Assembly (NCBI GenBank): GCA_002189035.1
Contig: CM007989.1
Location: 8,122,001-8,186,000 of the forward strand
Length of the DNA stretch: 64,000 bases
DNA from: Utricularia gibba
Taxonomy: Eukaryota; Plantae; Magnoliophyta
Reading direction: 5' to 3'
This document shows positions 12,758 to 27,647 of this stretch, piece by piece. Numbering within the stretch: position 1 is the first letter of the stretch; every line of letters begins with the position of its first letter. The translations under genes and the position numbers were made by a program. The notes under the pieces were generated by a model. It was not told where the DNA came from. It did no database searches and saw nothing but the letters and a program-made list of their open reading frames with translations.

Positions 12758-12924
12758 CTCCCCCTTTCTCCAAAACCTACACCATGCACTCATCTTCCTC
12801 CGCCTCACCTGCAAATTTCCATGGTGACATGTGTGCTTCTTCAACGGTGCGTCTCATACCATACCATCATCTCCTTCTTCCAAGAAGCAGAAGAAGAACC
12901 AGTAGGGTTTTGTTGACGAGTGGC

Positions 12925-13035
12925 CCATCTTCTTATTCTTCCACAGCTTTCTTGAACTGCAGGTGTACGGATTCCCGACACCAGAAACTTCCCTCTGCAG
13001 TTCAATAAAGCTGTGGGACGACAAGGAGAAGGTCA
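12925..13035 (+). ncRNA. MIR396a: MIR396a precursor hairpin; mature miR396a-5p 12939-12959, star 13000-13020
   Basis: TTCCACAGCTTTCTTGAACTG is the canonical miR396a-5p. GTTCAATAAAGCTGTGGGACG is the complementary arm, 40 nt downstream, and extends with TGCAG/CTGCA pairing. Confidence 0.97.
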
Positions 13036-13705
13036 GATGCTTTTTTCCAGATCTGATGGAACCATTCTCTTCTTTCGCGCATCATCAATCAAATTCGTGG
13101 ATCTTCATTCCAAATCCCAATTCTCTTCTCCTTCTTTTTGTTTTTTTGAAAATTGTGTCTGTGTTGATCCCATTTGTCTTATCATCTGCACCACACACGG
13201 AAAGATAAGAAAGAAGAGATTTTTTTCCCTACTTTTGTTCTTGTCTCCCATGACTTGGATTGATCTCCTTTGGCAGCCAACAGTTTGATTCCGCATTGCA
13301 AACCCTAAACCAGTTCGTCTCAAGCCTTCCCACTCCGATCCATATTGCCCTCGAATCGAACCAGACGAAGGTTTTCCCAAGATCCCCGAAATCAGATACA
13401 AAACCCCAATTCGCAAATTGCTCATGATACATCAACAGGAGGAAGAAGAAGAAAAGCACATTGATTGATGATGTGCTCCTTTAATTTGTGATTATTGCAC
13501 TTGGTTCTGTACAGCTGGAATTTGAATACACCAGGGCAGCCCAATAGGCTTCTATCAATTCTCATATTATTTATTCGAAATTTTTTATTATTATTAGTGT
13601 GTGAAATTACATGTGAGTCCCCGAATCTGGGTAGAAGACAATGTTTACTACCTACTACATGGACCACCATGTTTGCATTTGGCCCTCTCTTATTCAACAG
13701 CCACA

Positions 13706-13727
13706 CCCCCCCCCCCCCCCCCCCCCC
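13706..13727 (+). repeat. Poly-C tract (C22)
   Basis: Directly visible; length unreliable given the homopolymer errors in this window. Confidence 0.9.
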
Positions 13728-16293
13728 AACAAATACCATTATTGTTCTCAACTCAAACGAGTGTTCCCCAGGGGTCACGTGGACCATCAGCCCTACTGCC
13801 CATATAGGTGAACATGTAAATTGGAAATCTTGTTATAGTGTGATATTTGTATGAAAAAATGACCATTATTAATGTTCATTTTTTGTCTTAGAGAAGATAA
13901 CCGTAGGTCTGAGGTAGGGATAATTTTGTCTATACACTCGCACTCTCCATGGGCATAATTGTCAATTGACCCTATCGCAATTGTGGATACAATTAACTAC
14001 ACAATTGGATGTGACGGAATTCTCAATTTTAAATATTTTTTAATGAAAATATTAAATGATATTTCGTGAAATGAAGCTGGTAAATTGGATTTTTTTACTC
14101 CTTTTTTTTTAAAAAATGTTTTCATCTCGGGAAAGAAAAAAGGTACACTGGAGGTGCAGAGAAAGCAGAAATTGAGACAACTAGGGTTTCACAATTACCC
14201 TATGACTTCATGTGATGGGGTTAAACAGAACCCTCGCAACCAACAGAAGCAACTTCCTCACATGCAATTTCATGATCGGTTTGCGATTTTACGATATTGT
14301 TCGTTGTGAATATAAATCAATCTTTCATGGTTTTATATAAGAAATCTGTGCATGTGTGCATGATATGATACCCATGATTCCCGGTTGGTGTCACGCAGAT
14401 GAAGCCATTATCTCTTCCCCGTTGAGTGTTTGCAGAATCCGAATTCTGTTAAAACAAGACATATATTTCCTTTCACGATTGATGGGAGGAAAACCAGAAG
14501 CAGAGGCGCGCAGCAGAACCCAAGAACCAGCTAGGGTTTTCTTCGCCTAATCGACGAGGACGAGGACGAGGGAGGCGACGGGACCCCAGTACTGTTCCCC
14601 ACCGCGTTGGGACGAAACCCAGTTGGCATTCCCCGTCCCCATCCCTCAGTTCGTCCCGTGCTCCCGATCCGATTGTACGAAAAGGCGGTGGCCGCATTCC
14701 ATCATTACATCGCCCGTGCATCGCCCCTCTTCCCTTCAACAACGTGGGTAAGAGTGTCGCGACGCGTTTCGAATTATCTATTAGAAATATTATTTTAAAA
14801 AATACTTTAATAATATTGGCCCGAATACCTTGATTTCTGTTTGGGCCTGAGCTGCAGGTCTGAAATTAGCCCCAATATGGGCCTTGGCCCAGAAACATAT
14901 ATTTTAATTTGTATTCAATTTTCCGTTAAAAATACTTTTTATACAATTAAAAATGAAAATAAGTTATGGTCTATAAATGGATTTTGTTTTTCAAAATTTT
15001 TTCAATACTCACCATATTTTTACATCATATTATCCGTTTTGAACATTTAATTATATTTTTATGTTTTTTATTTTATTGAATACTTTATCCTGTCGGTAAA
15101 TGATGTGGGGATAATTATACCATTAATTGGACGCACAATTAATTAAAAAAAGAAACATATATTTTTATTTTTTTCTTCATTAATTAATGATGGGAGTAAA
15201 AGCTAAGCTCCACGTGACGGGGAGTGTGACAAAAGTGTCATCCCCGGGTCCCACCCCAACACTGTGGAGAAGGCTGACGTGGCCACCCGCTGACATTTTC
15301 GCATTTTAATATTTTGATATTATTTATTGGGACATGATTATATTAATCAACCTGCTTAAACAAAAAGAGACAACGTAGCCTGTATTAATCATTATCCAAT
15401 CCAGAAAAAGAGGCGCCATGAAAAGTGTTTTCATTAATTTTTATCCTATAAATTTAATTAAAAATACGAAAATTGTTTTTTTTGTGATAATATTCTTATT
15501 TTTTTTAGGGAAAAAAATATCCTATTATTGTGCATGATAAAAGTAATGAAAAAGAAAAAGAAAAAGAAGGTGATGGGAGATGGGTACTGTTTTTGGATGT
15601 CGGGAGGCAAAGCCGCCGGCGCCATTACCTGAGATCGATTGATTTCCACCACTCAAATTCGAAGCGGTCTGGGTATCGTGTCACGCTATTCTATTGCTGC
15701 ATTTACCGTCTGCTTTCCGACTTTTTATTGGTCTACGGTGGCACCATTTTCAAATGTCTGGCTTAGGTACTGCGAATTTTAGTCTTACCCTTTGTTTGAA
15801 ATAGGAAATTCGTCATTAATCCGGCGTCAACTTTCAAGTGGCGCAGCTCTTGATATATCTTAGGTGGGTATCTTTCCTGGAACATGCCTTTTTGTTGTCT
15901 TGTGTTGATACTCAACAGCTTGGGTCCTGTTTGTCTGCATGCTGCCTGCGGAGTTCTCTTGCAAGGGTATGCTTTCGTGTTTATGGTGTGTTCTTTGGAT
16001 TTCTGGATGAGTATGCATTTCCGGATCACGCCTGATTTTGATGCCCAAGAAGGAAACTTTTTGTTTGTATGCGTGTTCGTATTTGGCGTTCTGTTGTACT
16101 TTGTATGAACTGATCGAAAAAAGGAACCCTTTGCTCGTTGGTTCCTGTGGGTGCGTAATTGTCATTGTTGTTGATCATCATATATTTCATTACGCTTTCT
16201 GTTGGGTACGTCTTTTGAATCGTGGCTTTCCTTCTTCCGTTTTTCATCTTGCAGTTGTGTGACTGGGGCGGGAATGAGCATTTTTTATAAAAA

Positions 16294-19790
<3,497 letters not shown>

Positions 19791-20155
19791 TACTCTTGTG
19801 AATAGCATGAAAGAGATCAGTCTGCCAAGCAAGATCCTGTACTTCAGGTGTTGTTTAGACGATGCTCTAGCTTATCATGTAGTATACGTTATAATAATAA
19901 AGAAAAGCCACTACTGAAACATGCTTGTTTTATTGTTTTGATGCATTGACAACAAAAAGCAAAGAAACCATCTGAGTTCTTGAATTCCTTCATGTACAAA
20001 CGAAGGTTGTCTTCACAACCACTTATGATTCTGATTCCGAGTCATTTTCGCCTCAGACAAAAAATCATCACATACAAAAGCACAGGGATATACCAAACTG
20101 TTAGAAACTTGAATGCTGTTACTTGTCAACAAGAGGTTGTCTGACGTAAGTAACA

Positions 20156-20836
20156 TCAATCGTATAATCCCTCTTGGTCCCAAATGTCAACAAGACAATC
20201 AACCATTTCCTGGGGTACATGAAGAGTGGGAAACAATAATTCGATGAATCATGTTAATTGGGTGGGAGTTTAGTAACTCACCGAGAGAGGAACATTAGCT
20301 CTCTGTTGAAATTGTTTGCTGAGCCCTGAGAAGGTCCCATAGCTTTTAACCCCACTAAAATCATAAAAAAACTGCCTTAAAACATTGAATTGCATGAAAT
20401 ACACGAATTATGAGAGAATCTACTTTGTACTAGACCATGGTCTTGGATACGTGTGCAGGAGGGCCAGGAAAATGGAAGTACCTGAGCAATGGTAGCTTAG
20501 TTTGTCCTTGTTTCTGAGATTCCTCCTCGTGCTTGGCCCACTGATGCCTGCTTTGGTTCCAGAGAAGTAGCCCTGCAAGCACAGAAACAAAAAAGATGCG
20601 TTTCGTTTTCGGGTCAAAATCATCAGCCGAAGGATACAGAAACACATGACCGTCCGAATGGAGCAACTAAACTTGCCATGATTTACAAAGTTGGAAATGT
20701 CGTTTCCAATGCCATTGCATCTGGAATTGGATCGTTTGAATCTCTGATCGTTTACTTCAAAAAATGAAGAGTTTCTGGAACTCCAGGAATCATCTGAACT
20801 CTCTAGTCCTAGTTGATTGCGACTTCTCCCTTCCAT
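20156..20836 (-). CDS. DUF4050 (Gag1-like clamp) family protein; true start may lie further upstream (leader exons toward about 22 kb)
   Basis: Spliced product ...NFVNHG|LLLWNQSRHQW...LPLLS|...VPLS|EMVDCLVDIWDQEGLYD* matches the recalled family C-terminus (FVNHGL.LW.Q.R..W; EMVDFLVDVWEQEGLYD). Confidence 0.88.
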
Positions 20837-22876
20837 TTGGGAACGAAGACAGGACGCAATACAACTTCTGCTCAGATCCCAAAAAGAAAAGCAAAAATCC
20901 CAATGTGATAATCCATCTGTATTAGTTCTTATTTGTATCTTCCTAGTTCTTATGCATTCCCTGAGTCAAGAACGCAAAAACGACTCTCCATGACTCTTAT
21001 GCCTCAAAAAGTATCAACGACAACAAAGTTGAAGTTTTTCAGGGGCCTTAAAACATAAATCTGCACCAACAAACAGAAAAACGCTACATCAAAATTCTGA
21101 CTTTGCACTCCTTGTGCCCCCGATTTCCCCACTATTCCGTAGGAAATTTTAGGTTCAAACTATGAAAGTAAAACAAGAAAACATACCCCAACCAATCAAA
21201 AAAATGATAGATCACAGAAATGAAAGAACCGCAAGGCTTCATATATCTGATCAAATTCAAACCCGGCTCATGCTACTTCTCTGCCCTGACCTGAATCCAA
21301 AAAAATAATTTCATCAGAATTAAAGCAGTTTCATGGACGCCTGAATCAAACCTCAACTTCTGCAAAACGAGAGAAAGGTGGCATGCCTGTGGGTTGAAAC
21401 GATGATGTTCATCAACAAAAAGATGGGTTTTTGAAAGCTCAAGAACGGGTTGTTTCTGGAAACGCTTTCAGCGAAAAATAAGCAGGCCGTTGGATATATT
21501 ACAAAAAGGGCTGTTTATTCAAAGTGATGTGATGGAATACAGAATACCAAACAACATCAGAAGAAAAGAGGAACAAGCATCTTGGCATAAACCCATCCAA
21601 TGACCTCTCTAATCTTTTTCACCCTCTTCAAAATCGTTTATCATATGCTTCTTGATCTCAGTCTTCATTTTAAATTTCTCCAGAGAAAAGTCTTCACCTT
21701 GGAGTTCAGATAACAAGAATACGAAACATTTCTTTTCTCTCTCTCTCTCTCTCTATCTTCTTTTTGTTCATCAGACAAGACAGCATTTTCACTTACGGAT
21801 GAGTGCGTTCAAGTATTTAACGGATCGGGGTCCATATCCTACTAAATATAAATCAAAGCAAACCTTCCGATCAACCATTTAACAGCCATTTCCTGATCCG
21901 CAATCTCCCCTCTCTTCACTTCCTTCTCTCAAACCCTTCCCCTGGTCTCCGGCAAGAGAAGAAGTATAAGAAAACTCTTGCGATCACCATTATTCCGGCG
22001 AGGACCAAGAAAATGCCGCCGAAACCAATTTTACTGGACACGATTAAAACGACAACGATGCCGCACCGGAAACCAAACAGTTTACCGGGAATAAATTCCT
22101 TCGATGGCCCAACCCAAATTGTGAAAAAAGATTCATCGGCGCAATCAGGCACCACAAAAGGCCATAGCCCAATTCGGTTAATTGGGTCCACTGTTCAATG
22201 TATTTAGACCCAGGCCCAACCCAACTTGTGAAATACCCATTCCCATAATGTGTTGATTATCCTACTGTTGGAAATAAAATAATTGTGATTGAAAATCGAG
22301 GTTTTATTTATCTTTTAAAAAAGCATTTTTCAATATTCCATGTTCTTACCTTCAAAACAGATACATTATTATTTTACATTTACTAAATTTTTCCAAATCC
22401 GAAATCTGAAATTTTTCCAAATTTTCTTGATGGTGATAGGATAAAATAAATTTAATTTAATTAGATTGAAATAAATGTGATGTAAATACATTTAAATTTA
22501 TAAAATAAGTAGGATATAATTTATAATCATTGTATTAATCCCCTGAATGAATCAAGGGAATGGAATGGGACAAAAGGCAGTGGGGGTGGGTGGAGGCCGG
22601 AGCTGGGTTCCCAATGTCGCCGTCGTTTTCAGGTCACTCAGAATCAGATCCCAACTCCGGCATTTAGTTACAGTGGACTACTGCTACTGCTCCTCCCCGG
22701 TTATCAGAACCCGGATCCGTTTAGGCCCACCGGGTAACACAGATAAGGCCCGGCTTGGGTTGTCCTCATCGGAAGGGAACCGCCAACGGCCCCCGCCCGG
22801 CCCCTCCACGTGACCAACTTGGCCCTCCCTGATGCCACTCCATACGAGAGTTAGGGTTTGGGAGGAGCTCCAAACT

Positions 22877-22903
22877 CCAAACCAAACCAAACCAAACCAA
22901 ACC
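22877..22903 (+). repeat. (CCAAA)5 microsatellite, followed by (GATCA)3 and GA repeats
   Basis: Directly visible. Confidence 0.85.
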
Positions 22904-24609
22904 GTGTGAGATGATCAGATCAGATCAGAACAGCGAGAGAGAAAGAGAGAGAGCATCCATTTCCTCATTCATTCCCTTGTCGGCATTGCTGTGGAGCAGG
23001 CAGCAGGATGCACGGTGGCATCGGGAAACGTGCACCTCTTCTTTTTTCTTTTTTTTTTAAATTAAAAAGGTACAAATGATTAATGGATCCGACCCGGTTT
23101 GTTTATAAAAAGCACAGTTTTATTATCAAATTTATTTTTTATTTTATAAAAAAAACATTTTTTTTTATAGAAATGCTACTAAACATAGGTCAAGTATTTA
23201 AGCAAAATAATTCAACTAATCTCATTTACACATCATTTTCATTAGAAGTAGATAACGCAAAGTCGCAAAATTCAATAATAATTAAATATTATGGAGGAGA
23301 AAAAGGCATGATTGATGACAACCATAAGGATGGATGACCATATATTATGGAATTAGAGAATATCATGATCATTCTTAAAATTTTTGGTATTTTGTAGTAT
23401 CCATATCAAATAAATTTTTTATGAAATCAATATTCTAATCTTTCAAATAATTCGATGTTCAATACGAGATACAAATGAGTATCTTTCCTCAATCGACACC
23501 CACAAAACTTTGGTTTTGAATGAATATCAAATGAAAAAAGTGATAAAGAATGCAATAATTTGATGAAATTGAAGGGAAAAGTATAATATATCACATTATT
23601 TTGTCTTGTTACCTTCATTTTTCAATTTCTAAATAAATAAATTAATCAGGAGAACCAAGTCTGGGTTCCAGCTCCACCTTAGTTGTCAATTGATAATGAT
23701 CTCTAGGGGTGTTTTAGTAATTACACATCGAAAATCCTTCACCATTTCAACCTTAATTAGATTAGGAATAATAAACTTTTATTTTTCTGGAATAATTTTT
23801 TTTAGAAATAGAATCCAATGGTTTGAAGTTGTGGGAGAAATGGTAATTATGAGATAATGTGGGGTCTAAAACAAATTAAAATTTATTTATGGACGCGTCA
23901 TCGATATTCTGATAATAAATATGAAAATAAAGAGGGACTGGACAGAAAATTCGGTGACCACCGAATATTTGGAAGCATTCAAGATTTTTGATGCCTGTGT
24001 TTTTTATTTTATTATTATTATTATTTTGAATTAGTTAATTTCGAATAAATAAATATATATTTCATTTAATTAATAATTAATTGTTGGATAACATAATTTT
24101 GTAGTTTTTATGGGCAAGTACAGCTGCTGGTCGGGCAGCCCGCCTCCAAAATAATTCAAGAATGGATTTATGGAGGACTTTTTTTCAAATTCGGGCGATT
24201 TTGAAATTTGTTTTGAATGTTGGGAGGAATCTGTAAAAACTACTTTTTGAATGGAAAGGATTTTAGTGGACGAAACTGAAAAGTTAAAAAGAATTGGGGT
24301 AAAAAGGTAATAAAGGGAGAAGGTGGGGGTGCGGCGGGAATTAATGCACGGGATGAGGTGAAGTATGAATAAAAAATAATAAGAAAAGAAAGCTGGGGAC
24401 TGATTGAGGTGGGAAGGGAACTCCGCCGCTGCTGCTGCTAGGCATTTGGTTTTATGCATTCGCACGTTTCTTCCACTTTCCATTTTCTATCAGTTTCTCG
24501 TCCCCAGATCTCCCACATTTCCATTTGGGCATCTGGGTTATATTAAAAGCTCGATCTTTTTTCTTGTTTTTGTTGTTGAGGGGCGTGTAGATGACTCTGC
24601 TGCTGTGAA

Positions 24610-26576
24610 ATGAAGATTCATAATTACATTTGCTGTTTGGGGGTTGGGTTTCTATTGCTGCTCGCTTTTCTGTCGAGCGGGGAAGCTTTGGAGGTGAAGG
24701 TCAGCGGCAATGGTGGCCCACTCACGGCGGAGGAGGTACGGTATATAAAGCGGAGGCAGCTACTTTACTACTTGGATGAATTTGGGGACAGGGGGGGATG
24801 TTTCTGTTGATTCTTCTCTCTGGTTCGAGAATCAGAGGCTTCGATCTGCATACACTGCTTTGCAGGCGTGGAAGAAGGCTATTCTTTCAGATCCTTATAA
24901 TCTTACTGAGAATTGGGTCGGATCCGATGTGTGCAACTATACAGGAGTTTTCTGCGCTCCGGCGCTTGATGACCCGTCGGTGCGTACGGTCGCCGGGATC
25001 GATCTCAACCACGGTAACATTGCTGGGTATCTGCCGGAGGAGTTGGGCCTTCTCGTAGATCTCGGGCTTTTCCACATCAATAGCAACAGGTTTTGCGGCA
25101 CGCTTCCTGAGAAGTTCAGGAACTTGAAGGTACTGTTTGAGTTGGACTTGAGCAACAACAGGTTCGCCGGGAAGTTCCCTCGCGTCGTTTTGAGTCTTCC
25201 GAAGCTGATTTATTTAGATATTCGGTTTAATGAGTTTGAAGGAGCTGTTCCCCCGGAGCTTTTTGATAAGCCCACCCTGGATGCCATTTTTATCAACCAC
25301 AACTGGTTCAATTCTCCGCTCCCGGATAATTTGGGAAACTCGCCGGTCTCGGTGATTGTGACGGCGGGAAATGGGTTCCACGGCTGCCTTCCGGCGAGCG
25401 TGGGTAATATGTCGAGACTGAATGAGATTATATTGATGGAAAGTGGGTTGATGTCTTGCTTGCCGCCGGAGATCGGGCTGCTGAAGAATGTGACTGTGTT
25501 TGACGCTAGTTTTAACAAGCTGGTGGGGCCGTTGCCGGAGGCAATCGGTGGAATGGTGAGCTTGGAGCAGTTGAACGTGGCTTATAATTTGCTGTCGGGG
25601 GAGATTCCTGAGAGTATTTGTCAACTTCCCAAGCTCCTGAATTTCACTTTCTCCAATAACTTTTTCACCGGGGAGCCGCCGGTTTGCTTGGCCCTTCCTT
25701 CCGTTAATGATCGACAGAATTGCCTGCCGGAACGGCCGGCGCAGAGGTCCGCGTCGCAGTGCAAGGCGGTTTTGTCTAGGAGGATACATTGTGGCGCTTT
25801 CAAGTGCAAGCGGTTTATTCCCCGTTATCCCCTGCCGGCGCCGGTTTTATCACCACCACCACCATCACATTCACCACCACCACCATCACCTCCTCCGCCG
25901 GTTTATTCACCACCACCACCATCACCTCCACCGCCGGTTTATTCACCACCACCACCATCACCTCCACCGCCAGTTTATTCACCACCACCACCATCACCTC
26001 CACCGCCAGTTTATTCACCACCACCGCCGGTTTATTCACCACCACCACCTCCCCGCCTGTTTATTCACCACCACCACCTCCCCGCCTCCGCCGGTTTATT
26101 CACCACCACCACCATCACCTCCTCCGCCGGTTTATTCACCACCACCGCCGGTTCTATCTCCACCACCTCCTCCTCCGGTGCATTCGCCTCCACCGCCAAT
26201 TTATTCACCACCCCCACCGTCTCCATCCCCTCCACCGCCCCCACCACCTCCGACCCCAGTCTATTATTTCAGCTCGCCACCACCTCCCCCACCTTTTCCC
26301 TCACCGCCTCCTCCGTCACCGATCTATTCATATTCATCACCACCACCACCGGTTCATTCTCCTCCGCATCCTTGTGTAGAACACCCGCCGCCACCACCAC
26401 CTCCGCCCGTCATTTATAAGCCTCCGCCTTCGCCGTCACCACCACCACCATATTTGTATTACTCTCCTCCGCCACCATCTCCAACGCCTCCACCGCCAAC
26501 TCCAATATTCGTGGGGCCGCTGCCTCCTGTCATCGGAGTATCCTATGCTTCTCCTCCTCCACCGCCCTTCTATTAA
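24610..26576 (+). CDS. LRX: Leucine-rich repeat extensin (LRX3/4-like), intronless; three 1-nt gaps at 24791-24797, 26051-26054 and 26080-26083
   Basis: Signal peptide, then YIKRRQLLYY, FENQRLRSAYTALQAWKKAILSDP, VAGIDLNHGNIAGYLPEELG, LRRs, Cys-rich hinge and SPPPP/VYS extensin repeats ending ASPPPPPFY*. The three track ORFs join into one frame when one G/C is added at each run. Confidence 0.93.
25850..26160 (+). repeat. Extensin tandem repeat, about 36-nt unit encoding SPPPPVYSPPPP
   Basis: Repeated CCGGTTTATTCACCACCACCACCATCACCTCC units. Confidence 0.9.
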
Positions 26577-27647
26577 TTTACTTGAATGCTTCCCTCTAAA
26601 CCAATACGGAAACAGAGTACAGGACACCGATTTTCAGGCGAGGCTTCTGTGTATTCATAATACTTGCCACGATTCTCATCAGATGATGAATGCAGAAACT
26701 AGAGAAAACAAAAGCCTATGTTCAGGATTGGACTCAACGCCGATATCAAGGGTCCATTGTTTTAGTTGCTTTTGTTGTAGAAAATGCAAGATAGCCAGCA
26801 GCAGCAGCAGTGGATGGAAGAGCATTGGCATGTTTTGGGTTGGGATTCTAGAGTAGTAGAATCAATCAAGACTTGAAATTTGTTATGGACCCTTTTTCAG
26901 TTTGTGAAATAAAACCAGATTTTACAGTTTTTAACCTTCTTCATCTTTGACCTCCTAATATGGAACTTTGATCTGGGGTTATTCAGGTCAGAGTTTCTGA
27001 CCTTTCACAGAAGAAGATGAACTGAGATTAAAACTAAAGATCCCATTTTTTGTTTGCTCTCAAAGGGGAAAAACCACAATTTTTGTCCCATTGACATGTG
27101 CTTCCCTTAAAAGAGACGAAGACCAAAATTGTTAATACAAACTTTGAGATGATGACCCGACAGACCCTACTGCGAATGCACCGGCTACAAGATGAACAGT
27201 TGAAAACCCCTCAAATAAAGAAGAAAAGGAGAAACTTGTTGAAGACATGGGCTTTATTTTGTCTCTACTCACCGAAATTTCTAAATTGTTCGCATATTTA
27301 ACTGTAGACTTGTGTGCCTCTATATCTGCTTTCTAGTTTTTACGGTCCAACAGCGAGAATGCGCTGTTGAGCTGACGATTAATCAGTTTCTACAGTTTTT
27401 GCGTTCCCGATCAGGTCTGTTGTCATTAATTGCTGAATCGAACATTTTAAGATCAGTGGAGTTCTGAGTTTGTGGGTTTTGTTTCCTTTGATGTGTTTCT
27501 TTGTGGGTATCGCCAAGTCAACTTTGGCGACACTTGTTTACTGGATCTGGGGTTCCGGAGGGTTCATGTTTCTGAGAATTTAGTGATTTTGCTTATTTTT
27601 GTTGTCTGATTGGCGGGTAAAGAAATCGAGCGGAGTTTGGGGTGGAA

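Noticed and set aside
21916-22191. 91-aa hydrophobic ORF as an independent gene
   Set aside because: More likely the leader or first exon of the DUF4050 gene, next to site II promoter motifs; no family match.
22596-22661. Hairpin GCCGGAGCTGGG / CCCAACTCCGGC as a novel miRNA
   Set aside because: Only about 12 bp pair, too short for a plant miRNA/miRNA* duplex.
22820-22837. miR160-like sequence or target mimic
   Set aside because: Needs a gap plus several mismatches, including at the miRNA 5' end; compatible with chance.
25707-26379. Poly-His and poly-Thr proteins in the ORF track
   Set aside because: Alternative frames of the CCA-rich extensin repeat.
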